Positions 1 to 9,520 of a stretch of 64,000 nucleotides of DNA are shown piece by piece; within the stretch, counting starts at the first letter, position 1, and each line of letters opens with the position of its first letter. Made by a program: the position numbers and the translations under genes. This DNA comes from an uncultured Muribaculaceae bacterium (GTDB taxonomy: Bacteria; Cyanobacteriota; Vampirovibrionia; Gastranaerophilales; Gastranaerophilaceae): the NCBI GenBank assembly GCA_964640325.1, contig CAZXID010000001.1, positions 3,994 to 67,993 on the forward strand, given 5' to 3'. The notes under the pieces are model-generated. The model worked only from the letters and a program-made list of their open reading frames with translations, searched no databases and had not been told where the DNA came from.

Positions 1-2
1 GA

Positions 3-662
3 AGCAAACCGATTACATGCCCGACATGCCACGGTTCGGGTAAAATTCAGCAGACAACCCAGACTATTTTAGGGCATTTTACACAAATTACGACATGTCC
101 GGATTGTCACGGGACAGGACAAAAAATCAATTCACCTTGCAAAGCCTGTAAGGGATATGGTAGAATTGAAAAAGAAAAAACCGTCGAACTTAAAATTCCT
201 GCAGGTGTTGATAACGGCTCAAAAATGAGGATTTCGCAAGAAGGTGATGCGGGCAAAAACGGCGGGCCGTCAGGGGATTTGTACGTTGTAATAAGAGTAA
301 AATCTTCATATTATTTAAAAAGAGAAGGGATAAATGTCTTTTCGGAAATTGAAATTTCACCCTCACAGGCGGTTTTAGGCGATGAGATTGTCGTAAAAAC
401 GCTCGACGGTGAAAAACAAATTTCAATTCCCGCAGGTATTCAAAGCGCAAGTCCCATAAGAATTAAATCCGCAGGGGTTCCGCACTTGGGTAAATCTTCT
501 CAAAGAGGAGAACACATAATAATTGTAAATGTGAAAACTCCCACAAATCTTTCCGAGGAAGAAAAACAGCTTTACAAAAAATTATACGAAATTAACACCA
601 AAAAGAAACATCAAGAAGGACTTTTTGATAAAGTAAAAGGTTGGGGCGTTAATAGTAAATAG
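3..662 (+). CDS. dnaJ: Molecular chaperone DnaJ, C-terminal two-thirds (5' end lies outside the window)
   Basis: Frame 3 is open from the window edge. The translation shows CxxCxGxG zinc-finger repeats (CPTCHGSG, CPDCHGTG, CKACKGYG), followed by the DnaJ C-terminal domain. ORF-track entry 225..662 is the tail of this reading frame. Confidence 0.9.
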   Translation, partial: SKPITCPTCHGSGKIQQTTQTILGHFTQITTCPDCHGTGQKINSPCKACKGYGRIEKEKTVELKIPAGVDNGSKMRISQEGDAGKNGGPSGDLYVVIRVKSSYYLKREGINVFSEIEISPSQAVLGDEIVVKTLDGEKQISIPAGIQSASPIRIKSAGVPHLGKSSQRGEHIIIVNVKTPTNLSEEEKQLYKKLYEINTKKKHQEGLFDKVKGWGVNSK

Positions 663-675
663 AGAATGGTGAAAA

Positions 676-2133
676 ATGAAAAAAATAATTTTAATAATGA
701 TTTTAGTTCTTTTAACTTCTACAAGTGCGTTTGCGGCAAAAATTCCCGATGATGTTAAAGGGGTTATCAGAAAAGATTTTCCGCGAGCTGATTTCAGATT
801 TGACGGGCTTGTAACCCTTCCCGACGGAACGCTTTATCTGCCTTTGTATCCGGCTTTGGTGAAAAAGCCCGATTCTTTAGTGCTCAAAGGCACATGTCCG
901 GAGGGAAAAACCATTGCCGATAAACCGGAAGTTATAATTCTCAACAACGATTTTGCTTTTTTAAAAGTAATTACCGACAAAAAAAACAGAAGGACCGTTA
1001 TAAATCTTTCCAATCCGCCGGTTGAAGTCAGGACAGGGCTTTTGCCTCAGGACTTGCTTGTCCCCAGCGGACTTATAATCCCCGATAACATTAAAGGAAT
1101 TATCGGAAACCTGCAAATTGATACTGCAAAAGATGCAGGGCTAAAGGTTAAAACAGATATTGTGCTTCAACAGCGAACCACAAATGAGGTTTTTAAAAAA
1201 GGGCAGAAAAATATTTCGCTTATACCGCAGCTTAAAAATAAGGTTATGTATATAGCTACATGTTATTCTAAAAATGTTCAAATAGTCGAAGGCGAGGCAA
1301 ATGCGCCTGCTTATGCACTTGAGCAAAAATCTATTCCTATCGATATTGAAATAACAAACGATGACAAAATGCTTTTGGTAACGACCTTCGGCAAAACTTT
1401 TGTTGATGTAATTTCGCTTGCAGATGAAAGAAGCATAAAACAAATTGACCTTACCACTCAGGCAGAAGAAATAGTAATAGATAGAGCTGCAAATAAGGCT
1501 TACGTCTCAAGCGGTGAGGATTCAAGCATTTATATAATCGATTTAAACACAATGACTTTAAAGCAAAAAATTAAGGTAAAAGGCATGTGCCAAAAACTTT
1601 ATCTGACAGAAGACGGCAAAAAACTTTTCTATTTTAATAAGAAAAACAACGATGTTTGGGCAATTGAGCTTGATAATGATTTTGTGATTAAAAATATGGG
1701 AAATTTCCCCAATGTTTCAAAAATTACTTTTGCGCAAAACAAGGTTTATATTACAAGCAGGACAAAAAACCGCCTTGCGATAGTTGATTATGTTACACTT
1801 GCACTTTTAAAGGAGCTTGAAGTTCAAGAAAAACCTGTTGATATGCTGGTTTATAAAAACGAATTATTTGTTTTGTCTGCTCAAAAAAATGTGCTTCAGC
1901 TTTTGGATACAATAAACGATGAAATAACAGGAACAATTAACCTTAATACTCAAGGCTTTTCGACAAAAATTTACAGGATAAAAAATTCTTCCGTCGCACT
2001 TGTAATGGACACAAAAGTCGGGAAATATTCTGTTGTTGACCTTGATAAAAAATCGCTTATAAAAACAAATCTTTTGAACATCCCCGTAAGCACGGTAATA
2101 GTTGCTGAAAAAGTCAGGAAAATCAGCAAGTGA
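676..2133 (+). CDS. Secreted beta-propeller repeat protein (YVTN-like repeats), function unknown
   Basis: N-terminal signal peptide MKKIILIMILVLLTSTSAFA. Recurring ~40-aa units (KAYVSSGEDSSIYIIDLNT, KLYLTEDGKKLFYFNKKNNDVWAIELD, KVYITSRTKNRLAIVDYVT, ELFVLSAQKNVLQLLD) are typical of propeller blades. Confidence 0.55.
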   Translation: MKKIILIMILVLLTSTSAFAAKIPDDVKGVIRKDFPRADFRFDGLVTLPDGTLYLPLYPALVKKPDSLVLKGTCPEGKTIADKPEVIILNNDFAFLKVITDKKNRRTVINLSNPPVEVRTGLLPQDLLVPSGLIIPDNIKGIIGNLQIDTAKDAGLKVKTDIVLQQRTTNEVFKKGQKNISLIPQLKNKVMYIATCYSKNVQIVEGEANAPAYALEQKSIPIDIEITNDDKMLLVTTFGKTFVDVISLADERSIKQIDLTTQAEEIVIDRAANKAYVSSGEDSSIYIIDLNTMTLKQKIKVKGMCQKLYLTEDGKKLFYFNKKNNDVWAIELDNDFVIKNMGNFPNVSKITFAQNKVYITSRTKNRLAIVDYVTLALLKELEVQEKPVDMLVYKNELFVLSAQKNVLQLLDTINDEITGTINLNTQGFSTKIYRIKNSSVALVMDTKVGKYSVVDLDKKSLIKTNLLNIPVSTVIVAEKVRKISK

Positions 2134-2705
2134 GCGGTGAACAGAATATATTAGGATTTTCAGCTAAGCAGCAAAAAGTTTTAGAAGATTTAGAAAAAAC
2201 TTCCAAAGATTTTTGGAATATTTCAAGACAAAGTGCAAATTTTTTAAATATGCTCATTAAAATTTCGGGTGCAAAAAATGTGCTTGAAATCGGCACTTCA
2301 AACGGATACTCGGGAATTTGGCTTGCAAGCGCTTTGAAAAAAACAGGCGGGCGACTCACCACAATAGAATTTTACGAAAAAAGAATTGAGCTTGCGCTCG
2401 ATAATTTTAAAAAATGCAAACTTGATGACATTATAACAATAAAACAAGGCTCAGCCACAGTGATTTTAGAAAAATTGGATGAAGAATTTGATTTTGTATT
2501 TTTGGATGCCGACAAATCAGAATACATAAAATATTTTGAAATAATTAATCCAAAACTCAAAAAAGGCGGCACTATTGCAGCAGACAACATCACCTCGCAT
2601 TCAAAAAAGGTTGCGCCTTTTGTGGAAAAGATTAAAACAGATAAAAATTATCAGGTTGAAATTCTCGATTTGCCCGCAGGGCTTTTAGTTGCCCATAAGC
2701 TTTGA
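2130..2705 (+). CDS. Class I SAM-dependent O-methyltransferase (family 3, caffeoyl-CoA OMT/YrrM-like)
   Basis: Motifs VLEIGTSNGYSGIWLA (SAM-binding loop) and FVFLDADKSEYIKYF. The GTG start overlaps the upstream stop codon by 4 nt. Confidence 0.8.
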   Translation: MSGEQNILGFSAKQQKVLEDLEKTSKDFWNISRQSANFLNMLIKISGAKNVLEIGTSNGYSGIWLASALKKTGGRLTTIEFYEKRIELALDNFKKCKLDDIITIKQGSATVILEKLDEEFDFVFLDADKSEYIKYFEIINPKLKKGGTIAADNITSHSKKVAPFVEKIKTDKNYQVEILDLPAGLLVAHKL

Positions 2706-2736
2706 GCACAAAATATTTCCATGGTAGAATATTGAT

Positions 2737-3378
2737 ATGTTCACAGGGATTATTGAAGAAACAGGCACAATAAAAGAATTTAAAAAGGACTCGAACGATG
2801 CCCTGATTAAAGTCGAGTGCAAAAAAGTGCTTGAAAATACCAAAATCGGAGACAGCATCGCCATAAACGGAGTTTGCCAGACGGTTACGGCATTGGGCAA
2901 AAATTATTTTTGCGCTCAAATTTCTTCTCAAACCCTTTTGCTGACGACTTTTTCAAATGCTAAAGCAGGGGATAAAGTCAATCTTGAAAGGGCACTTGCG
3001 CTAAAAGACAGGATTGGCGGACATTTTGTAAGCGGACATGTTGACGGGGTGGCAAAGGTTTTGAATATTCAGAAACAAAAAGATTTTTGCAATATCAAAC
3101 TTGAAATCCCCAAAAATTTTACAAAATATGTTGTAAATCAAGGCTCAATAACTTTTAACGGAATAAGTCTTACTGTTGCCCAAATTACCGCAAATGAGGT
3201 TGAAGTTGCCATAATCCCCCACACTTTTGAGAATACAAACCTTAAAAATCTTAAAATGGGCGATTTTGTAAATCTTGAATGTGATATTTTGGCAAAATAT
3301 GTTGAAAAAAATTTATCAACGGAAAATAATAAATCAAAGCTGAACGAGAATTTCTTAAAAGAGAACGGATTTTTTTAA
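2737..3378 (+). CDS. ribE: Riboflavin synthase alpha chain
   Basis: Canonical N-terminus MFTGIIEETG. Internal duplication of the lumazine-binding domain (GDSIAINGVCQTV / GSITFNGISLTV). Confidence 0.9.
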   Translation: MFTGIIEETGTIKEFKKDSNDALIKVECKKVLENTKIGDSIAINGVCQTVTALGKNYFCAQISSQTLLLTTFSNAKAGDKVNLERALALKDRIGGHFVSGHVDGVAKVLNIQKQKDFCNIKLEIPKNFTKYVVNQGSITFNGISLTVAQITANEVEVAIIPHTFENTNLKNLKMGDFVNLECDILAKYVEKNLSTENNKSKLNENFLKENGFF

Positions 3379-3379
3379 A

Positions 3380-4603
3380 ATGAATGAAAACGAAATAGCA
3401 AAAAACTTTTTTGACAATATTGAAGAAGCGATAGAAGATTTTAAGGCAGGCAAAATGCTTATAGTAGCCGATGACGAGAATCGCGAAAACGAAGGCGATT
3501 TAATCTGTTCGGCACAAAAAGTTACCCCCGAAATTATAAACTTTATGGCAACGGAGTGCAAAGGGCTTATTTGCCTTGCCATAAACGATGAAACTGCAAA
3601 AAGACTTGAGCTTTCCCAAATGGTTGAAAAAAATACTGAAAGCGCAAATACCGCATTTACCCAAAGTATTGACGGTGCTGCAAAATTCGGTGTTACAACA
3701 GGAATTTCGGCTTTCGACAGAGCAAAAACAATTCAGGTTGCAATAGACAAAAATTCAAGACCAAACGATCTCAGACGTCCGGGGCACGTTTTCCCTTGTG
3801 TGGCTAAAAAGGGCGGAGTACTTGAGCGCACAGGGCACACTGAGGCAAGCGTCGATTTGGCAAAAATCTCGGGGCACGCTCCTGCAGGTGTTATGTGCGA
3901 AATCCTTAATCCCGACGGTACAATGGCTCGCAGGGATGAACTCAGAAGATTTGCCGATAAAAACAACATTAAATTTATAACCGTAGAGCAGCTTATTTCT
4001 TACCGTATAAAAAAAGAGCGCTTTGTAACCCGCGAGGCTCAAGCAACTTTACCGACACAATTCGGAGATTTTAAGGTTTTGGGATATTTGAACAATCTTA
4101 CAGGCGAAGAACATGTCGCACTTGTCAAAGACGACGGTTCGGATAAAATCCCTTTGATAAGAGTTCATAGCGAATGTCTAACCGGCGATGTTTTCCATAG
4201 CCTTAAATGCGACTGCAACTCCCAGCTTCATCGCGCGATGAAAATGGTTGATGACTGGGGCAGAGGGGCTATAATTTATATCAGAAACCACGAAGGCAGG
4301 GGCATAGGGCTTATTAATAAAATTAAGGCTTATTCGCTTCAGGAAAAAGGTCAGGATACAATTGAAGCCAACATTTCGCTTGGTTTTGAGCCTGATTTGA
4401 GAGATTACGGCGTAGGCGCGCAAATAATTTTGGATTTGGGCTACAACAATTTTAATTTGATAACAAATAACCCTAAAAAGATTGTAGGGCTTAAAGGTTA
4501 TGACCTTAAAATTCATGAAATAGTTAATTTGGAGCCTGATTTGAACTATTATAACCAAAAATATATGGAAACTAAAAAAGAAAAAATGCACCATATGATG
4601 TAA
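3380..4603 (+). CDS. ribBA: Bifunctional 3,4-dihydroxy-2-butanone-4-phosphate synthase / GTP cyclohydrolase II
   Basis: DHBP synthase motifs (DDENRENEGDL, RTGHTEA), followed by GTP cyclohydrolase II motifs (VHSECLTGDVFHSLKCDC, HEGRGIGL). Confidence 0.95.
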   Translation: MNENEIAKNFFDNIEEAIEDFKAGKMLIVADDENRENEGDLICSAQKVTPEIINFMATECKGLICLAINDETAKRLELSQMVEKNTESANTAFTQSIDGAAKFGVTTGISAFDRAKTIQVAIDKNSRPNDLRRPGHVFPCVAKKGGVLERTGHTEASVDLAKISGHAPAGVMCEILNPDGTMARRDELRRFADKNNIKFITVEQLISYRIKKERFVTREAQATLPTQFGDFKVLGYLNNLTGEEHVALVKDDGSDKIPLIRVHSECLTGDVFHSLKCDCNSQLHRAMKMVDDWGRGAIIYIRNHEGRGIGLINKIKAYSLQEKGQDTIEANISLGFEPDLRDYGVGAQIILDLGYNNFNLITNNPKKIVGLKGYDLKIHEIVNLEPDLNYYNQKYMETKKEKMHHMM

Positions 4604-4655
4604 TTCTCAAAAGGATTTGAATAAAAATCCGAATAATAATTTAAAGGATGAAAAA

Positions 4656-5645
4656 ATGACTTTAAACACGGTTTACGAAACACGAGCACTTACAAAAGAT
4701 TTATATAAAATATTTGCAGGAGTCTATAGCGATTTTCGCGCAGTCGCGGTTGAAAATTACAAGTTTGAACTTGAACCTTTGAGTTATGAAGGTTTTGTCG
4801 AAGCTGTAGAAAAAGAGCTTATAAAGTGCATCGTACTTTTGGAAAATCAGATTCCTACAGCTTTTTTAGTCTATACGACAATGATTTCTGAAGCCGTTGA
4901 GTTGAATGTTATCCACTGCCTTGGCGAAGAAGATTTGATTGAAAAGCGCAAAGTTTTGGTGGAAAAATTTCTTGAAGAAACAAAAGAAGAACGTATAAAA
5001 CAGGTGGTTTGTTATCCTATGTTGGGCTCTCAGGGTGATTTTGTGGAATATTTATCTAATTACGGGTTTAAGTTTGTCGGACTTGCGGTTTTAAGGTTTA
5101 TGTTTCAAAATTCAAATTCCGAGGCTATATTAAACAATATGGAACTTTCCGAATTAGAAGAAGATTATGAGATTAAAACCTGGCTGAGCGGGTATTTTCA
5201 TGATGCGGTAAAAATTGTTCAAGCAGCTTTTGAAAATACTGCAGATGCACTTTTTGACCCCAGATTTAAGTCAATTGACGGAACAGAAGATATTTTGGAA
5301 AAAATAGTAAATAGTATTTACGGTGAGTTTTTGCCTATGGCAACAAGTGTTTTGATGTACAAAAACAAACCTTGCGGTTTCTGCTTTGCAAACATTACAG
5401 GCGGCAAAATCGCCAATATACCGATTGTTGCAATTGAAAAAGAACACAGGGGCAAAGGTTTATCAAAACATTTGCTCAAAAAAACAATCAAAACTCTTTT
5501 GCATTGGAACAGTACAAAAGAAAGAGAGATTTCTGAAGTCAACACCTGTACCGAAACAAACAATTATCAGGCGCTCAAAATGTACAGACACGTAGGTTTT
5601 AAAGAAGATTACAGTTACCCGCAATCATACCTGCCAATTGGATAA
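4656..5645 (+). CDS. GNAT-family N-acetyltransferase with an N-terminal extension domain
   Basis: The C-terminal part has an acetyl-CoA-binding-like motif (IVAIEKEHRGKGLSKHLLKKTI ... NNYQALKMYRHVGFKE). The ATG at 4656 follows AAGGATGAA. The ORF track begins at a TTG at 4617, so the start is uncertain. Confidence 0.6.
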   Translation: MTLNTVYETRALTKDLYKIFAGVYSDFRAVAVENYKFELEPLSYEGFVEAVEKELIKCIVLLENQIPTAFLVYTTMISEAVELNVIHCLGEEDLIEKRKVLVEKFLEETKEERIKQVVCYPMLGSQGDFVEYLSNYGFKFVGLAVLRFMFQNSNSEAILNNMELSELEEDYEIKTWLSGYFHDAVKIVQAAFENTADALFDPRFKSIDGTEDILEKIVNSIYGEFLPMATSVLMYKNKPCGFCFANITGGKIANIPIVAIEKEHRGKGLSKHLLKKTIKTLLHWNSTKEREISEVNTCTETNNYQALKMYRHVGFKEDYSYPQSYLPIG

Positions 5646-5647
5646 AA

Positions 5648-6333
5648 ATGTTAAAAAAAGGATTTACTTTATCAGAGGTTTTAATAACGATAGCAATCAT
5701 AGGTGTGGTTGCGGCACTTACTATCCCCAATATTATAAAAAACACTCAGCGTAAAGATTTAGAAACTGCTTTTAAAAAAGTTATACTGTTGTTTCTCAGG
5801 CGGTTGCACAGATGAAGGCTCAGGATGGTGCCGTCTGGGCCTATTATAATTACAAAGATAACAACGGGAAAACAGGCTGGAGCACTAAACTTTTTTATAC
5901 TGATTCAAAAAAAATTTTTATTGTAACAAATCAATGCTGCTCTGATAGCAGTTGTCCGGTTACATGTGAACCCGCTAATGCAACATATTATAAAAACTTC
6001 CCAAACCAGGCTAATTTTGGCAGTGCTGGTTTATTTATAAATAAATTTTATACCTCTGACGGAATGCTTATTTCTCCCACTCCTTACTCAAATGCAGACG
6101 GAAGAATTGCTGTTTGGGTAGACACAAACGGTTATAAAAAGGGACCTAATAGGGCTGGATACGATTTATTTTTATTTCAAGTCATGGACGACGACAGAGT
6201 GTTACCCATGGGTGCTCCAAATACTGCATATACATCATGTAGTAGCACTACTAACTTAACGAGCATGGGTAATGGTAATGCTTGTGCAAATAGAGCGGTC
6301 TACGAAAAAGATTATTTCAAGAATTTACCTTAA
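5648..6333 (+). pseudogene. Prepilin-type (type IV pilin / pseudopilin-like) gene interrupted by a frameshift in an A6 run
   Basis: ATG at 5648 encodes MLKKGFTLSEVLITIAIIGVVAALTIPNIIKNTQRKDLETAFKK (classic G|FTLxE methylation motif plus hydrophobic helix), then stops at 5813-5815. The frame of ORF 5812..6333 is open back to 5776 and reads KSYTVVSQAVAQMKAQDG... One extra A in the run 5774-5779 would join both parts into one ~228-aa pilin-like protein. Confidence 0.6.
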
Positions 6334-6408
6334 AAAATTTACGATTTTGTCGACAATTCAAGTTAAGTAGGCCGGGAATACTTGCCTGATAACATGGCGA
6401 AGTTTTTT

Positions 6409-6443
6409 GGATTGCTTCGCTCACTTCGTTCGCTCGCAACGAC
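6409..6443 (-). repeat. REP-like element, family A (GTCGTTGCGAGCGAACGAAGTGAGCGAAGCAATCC on the minus strand)
   Basis: Shares the ends GTCRTTGCGAG ... GAAGCAATCC with copies at 35037-35072 and 45089-45167. Lies between convergent genes. Confidence 0.7.
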
Positions 6444-6497
6444 AAAAAAGTGCATAAAGGCACCCCGCTAATAAACTAATAAACTAAAATAAACTTA

Positions 6498-7118
6498 CTA
6501 AGATTTTGCGGACATTTCAAGTTTTGAAAGAATGTTTTCGTCTGTGGGTTTGAAGTTGTTTAAATAATCAATCGCTTCTTGCGGGGTTTTTGCAACATAA
6601 TATATTGTTTTTGAAGTTGTGTGTGCAAAATTTTGTTTAACTATATCGTCAAAAAATTTGAGCAGGTTGTCGTAAAATCCGTTTGTATTTAAAATTATTA
6701 TAGCTTTTTGGTTGTAACCAAGCTGTTTTTGAACAATCATTTCTGTTAATTCTTCCAAGGTGCCAAAGCCCCCTGGTATTGCAATTACGGCATCTGAAAT
6801 TTTATCCAGTTTATCTTTTCTTGTTCGCATACATTCGGTTACAAAAAGCTCGTCGCAATCGGTGTTTCCGACTCCTATATTATAAAGCTTTTCGGGTAAA
6901 ACTCCTTTTACTTGACCGCCAAATTCTTTTACTGCATTTGCATTTACTCCCATTGTGCCTAAAGTTCCGCCTCCGTAAACAAGATTAAATCCTGCTTGCG
7001 CCATTAAAATCCCCAGCTCTCTGGCTGTTTCGTAATATATTTTGTCTAAATTATTGCTTGCCGAAGAAAATACACAGACGTTTTTAATTGTTTTTTGGCT
7101 TTTGGTTTGATTACTCAA
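6498..7118 (-). CDS. LOG-family protein (TIGR00730; cytokinin riboside 5'-monophosphate phosphoribohydrolase-like)
   Basis: Signature PGGFGTLEEL plus the GGGxxGxMG-like motif (VYGGGTLGTMG). Confidence 0.85.
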   Translation of the reverse strand: MSNQTKSQKTIKNVCVFSSASNNLDKIYYETARELGILMAQAGFNLVYGGGTLGTMGVNANAVKEFGGQVKGVLPEKLYNIGVGNTDCDELFVTECMRTRKDKLDKISDAVIAIPGGFGTLEELTEMIVQKQLGYNQKAIIILNTNGFYDNLLKFFDDIVKQNFAHTTSKTIYYVAKTPQEAIDYLNNFKPTDENILSKLEMSAKS

Positions 7119-7746
7119 ATTCTCCTCCGATCAGATAGTAATAGGAACAATAAACGCCAAATCCGAAAGGTGAGCAATCATTTTTCAAAATCGTTCTTTC
7201 AATGTTTTTGCCCAAAGGCTCTATTTTATCTTTAAAAATATTCACTCCGAAAATATCTTTGCCCCAAGTGTTTGGAAGTTTTATTCCGTTTATATCAATA
7301 AGCATTAATGCACAAACATCGTTTTCTTTGCATTTATCTGACACCCACTTAAGCCCGAAGATTTTATCCTCGTCCCAAAAATAAAGGTTATCAAAATAAT
7401 ATTTGTCGCCTTGTGCAATTGCTTTTTTATCCATATACAAAGGTTGATATGTTTGATTGGAAACTCCTGATTTGAACCTCAGATAGGGTTTTATTATATT
7501 TAGCATAACAGCTGTTTTGTAATCATTATTTTGAGCATGCCGAAATTTTTGTTCTAAATCAAGTTCGTTTTGAGCTTTTATTGAAGAAAAAACATATTCC
7601 AGTCCGGAATAAGTATTAACCCATTTAGAGATAAATTGAGCTTGTTTGGTGTTATTTAAACTTAAAGGCAGAATAAAAAAAGTTACCCCTAAAATGAGCA
7701 AGAAAACGATAACTACTTCAATAATCGTAAATCCGTTTTTATTCAT
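7111..7746 (-). CDS. Prepilin-type N-terminal cleavage/methylation domain protein (pseudopilin-like)
   Basis: N-terminus MNKNGFTIIEVVIVFLLILG. The C-terminal motif DINGIKLPNTWGKDIFGVNIF parallels DTNGYKKGPNRAGYDLFLFQV of the 5648-6333 gene, so the two are paralogues. Confidence 0.7.
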   Translation of the reverse strand: MNKNGFTIIEVVIVFLLILGVTFFILPLSLNNTKQAQFISKWVNTYSGLEYVFSSIKAQNELDLEQKFRHAQNNDYKTAVMLNIIKPYLRFKSGVSNQTYQPLYMDKKAIAQGDKYYFDNLYFWDEDKIFGLKWVSDKCKENDVCALMLIDINGIKLPNTWGKDIFGVNIFKDKIEPLGKNIERTILKNDCSPFGFGVYCSYYYLIGGEFE

Positions 7747-7758
7747 AAAACTCCGTTT

Positions 7759-8613
7759 TTATTTTGCCAAGTCCAAATGTTTTTTCTCTGCCACCAGTTT
7801 ATCATAAACCCATTCAGGAACAAAATTTTTGCCCAAAATTATCTGGCCGTTCATGATATTAGGGGCGTGAAAATCAGAGCCGCCCGTTACAATAAGCCCC
7901 AGTTCCTCTGCCATAGAAGAAAAATATTCTACAATCGCAGGGGAGTGTTTTCTATGATAGGCCTCAATTCCTCTTAAGCCGTAGTGCATAAGCTCTTTTA
8001 TAAGGCTTTCTGCTATTTCCAAATCATGAGGATGCGCAATGACAGGGATTCCGCCTGCATCATAAATAACTTCAACCGCTTCATGGGGTGTCACCGTTTT
8101 TCTTTGAACATATACCGGAGAATTGTCGTTAATATATTTTGCATAGGCTTCAATCACGCTTTTTGTTCCACCTGCTGATGTAATCGCTTTTGCAATATGC
8201 GGCCGCCCGATACTTCCTCCTTGCGCCACCTGACTTGTTATATCTTCAAAACTTATTCTTATGCTTTCTTTTTTGTTTAAAAGAGTAACTATTTCTTTTG
8301 TTTGCTTAACCCTTGCCTGTTGTTGGGTTTTTATCAAGTTTTTGAAATCCGCATTTTCAACATCCATAAAATACCCTAAAATATGAATTTCATAGTTATT
8401 GTAAAGGGTATTTATTTCGACTCCGCGAATAATTTCTAAAGATTTGCCCTGTAATGTTTTGAGATAATCCTGTGAAACTTGCCATGATAAAACGTTGTCG
8501 TGGTCAGTAAGCGCAATAACATCAAGCCCTGTTTCAATTGCAGCATCTACAATTTGTTCAGGCTTAAAAACCCCGTCCGAGTAATTTGTATGGATGTGCA
8601 AATCCGACTTCAC
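7759..8613 (-). CDS. PHP-domain metal-dependent phosphoesterase (TrpH/YciV-like)
   Basis: DLHIHTNYSDG, ALTDHD and C-terminal GGSDFH motifs. Confidence 0.8.
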   Translation of the reverse strand: MKSDLHIHTNYSDGVFKPEQIVDAAIETGLDVIALTDHDNVLSWQVSQDYLKTLQGKSLEIIRGVEINTLYNNYEIHILGYFMDVENADFKNLIKTQQQARVKQTKEIVTLLNKKESIRISFEDITSQVAQGGSIGRPHIAKAITSAGGTKSVIEAYAKYINDNSPVYVQRKTVTPHEAVEVIYDAGGIPVIAHPHDLEIAESLIKELMHYGLRGIEAYHRKHSPAIVEYFSSMAEELGLIVTGGSDFHAPNIMNGQIILGKNFVPEWVYDKLVAEKKHLDLAK

Positions 8614-9428
8614 TTTGAACCTCCGTCCGTATAATCTTTGTCAAATGAAATTCTTTTTATATTAATTGCTTTACCGCTTTTTTTGTCAATTAAAATTTCA
8701 ACGGCATTTATTTGAACAACTTTTCCTTTTGGGATTTCATATCGTTCCGGCAGGCAGGTTGTCAGGCGTTTTAAAGAGGTCTCTATTTCCATTCCGATGA
8801 CACTTTCTGAAATTCCGCAGAATCCCACATCTGTTATGTATGCCATATTGCCGATAATTTTTTCATCTGCAGTCTGGACATGAGTATGTGTTCCTAAAAC
8901 TCCGCTTACACCTAAATCTTCGCAAAATCTTGCAAAACAAATTTTTTCGGCTGTTGCCTCAGCGTGAAAATCAATTAAAATAATCGGAGTGATTTTTTTC
9001 AGTTTTTTAACCTCTTTTTTAACAATTTCCCACGGTGAGTCAATCGGCGGCATAAAAACTCTTCCCAAGAGGTTAATCACAGCAATTTTTGTTTTTCCGA
9101 TTTCAAAAATTTTAGAGCCGACCCCTTTTGTTTTTGGTGGGTAATTCAGAGGTCTTATGAGTTTATCGGCTTTTTTTATGTAGTCAAAAATGTCTTTTTT
9201 ATCCCAGATGTGATTGCCCGAGGTCAGGCAATTTATACCGTAGCCGACCAATTCGTTGTAATTTTTTTCGATTAGCCCGAAACCGTGTGAAGCATTTTCG
9301 GCATTTGCAATACAAAAATCCGGAGCATCACCCTTTCCTTTAAGTTCTGCCAAATAGTCCCCGACAGCTTTCCTGCCGAGTTTTCCTACAATATCGCCGA
9401 AGAATAGTATTTTTAGTTGGTTTGACAT
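8610..9428 (-). CDS. ymdB: YmdB-family metallophosphoesterase (2',3'-cyclic-nucleotide 2'-phosphodiesterase, TIGR00282)
   Basis: ILFFGDIVGKLGRKAV, NAENASHGFG, GNHIWD and GTHTHVQTADE motifs. Lies immediately downstream of rny, as in Bacillus. Confidence 0.85.
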   Translation of the reverse strand: MSNQLKILFFGDIVGKLGRKAVGDYLAELKGKGDAPDFCIANAENASHGFGLIEKNYNELVGYGINCLTSGNHIWDKKDIFDYIKKADKLIRPLNYPPKTKGVGSKIFEIGKTKIAVINLLGRVFMPPIDSPWEIVKKEVKKLKKITPIILIDFHAEATAEKICFARFCEDLGVSGVLGTHTHVQTADEKIIGNMAYITDVGFCGISESVIGMEIETSLKRLTTCLPERYEIPKGKVVQINAVEILIDKKSGKAINIKRISFDKDYTDGGSK

Positions 9429-9441
9429 TTTATCCTTGAAA

Positions 9442-9520
9442 AGTAAATAGTAAATGGTAAATAGTAAATAGAATTTTTTAAACCTCTATTTACTATTTCC
9501 TATTAACTATCCACTATTTA
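9442..9520. repeat. Inverted blocks of tandem heptamers ((A/G)GTAAAT x4, short loop, then the complementary ATTTAC-type block)
   Basis: AGTAAATAGTAAATGGTAAATAGTAAATAG at 9442-9471, facing CTATTTACTATTTCCTATTAACTATCCACTATTTA at 9486-9520. Lies between the rny stop and the ymdB start. Confidence 0.8.

Noticed and set aside
2706-2736. Expected FMN (RFN) riboswitch upstream of ribE
   Set aside because: The gap before ribE is only 31 nt and shows no RFN-like structure. The rib genes appear to be co-transcribed with the upstream methyltransferase, so no riboswitch is called.
9442-9520. Heptamer/octamer arrays considered as CRISPR-like or as coding repeats
   Set aside because: The units are 7-8 nt and contiguous without spacers. 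They lie in intergenic positions or merely clip stop codons. They are better explained as hairpin-forming intergenic repeats.
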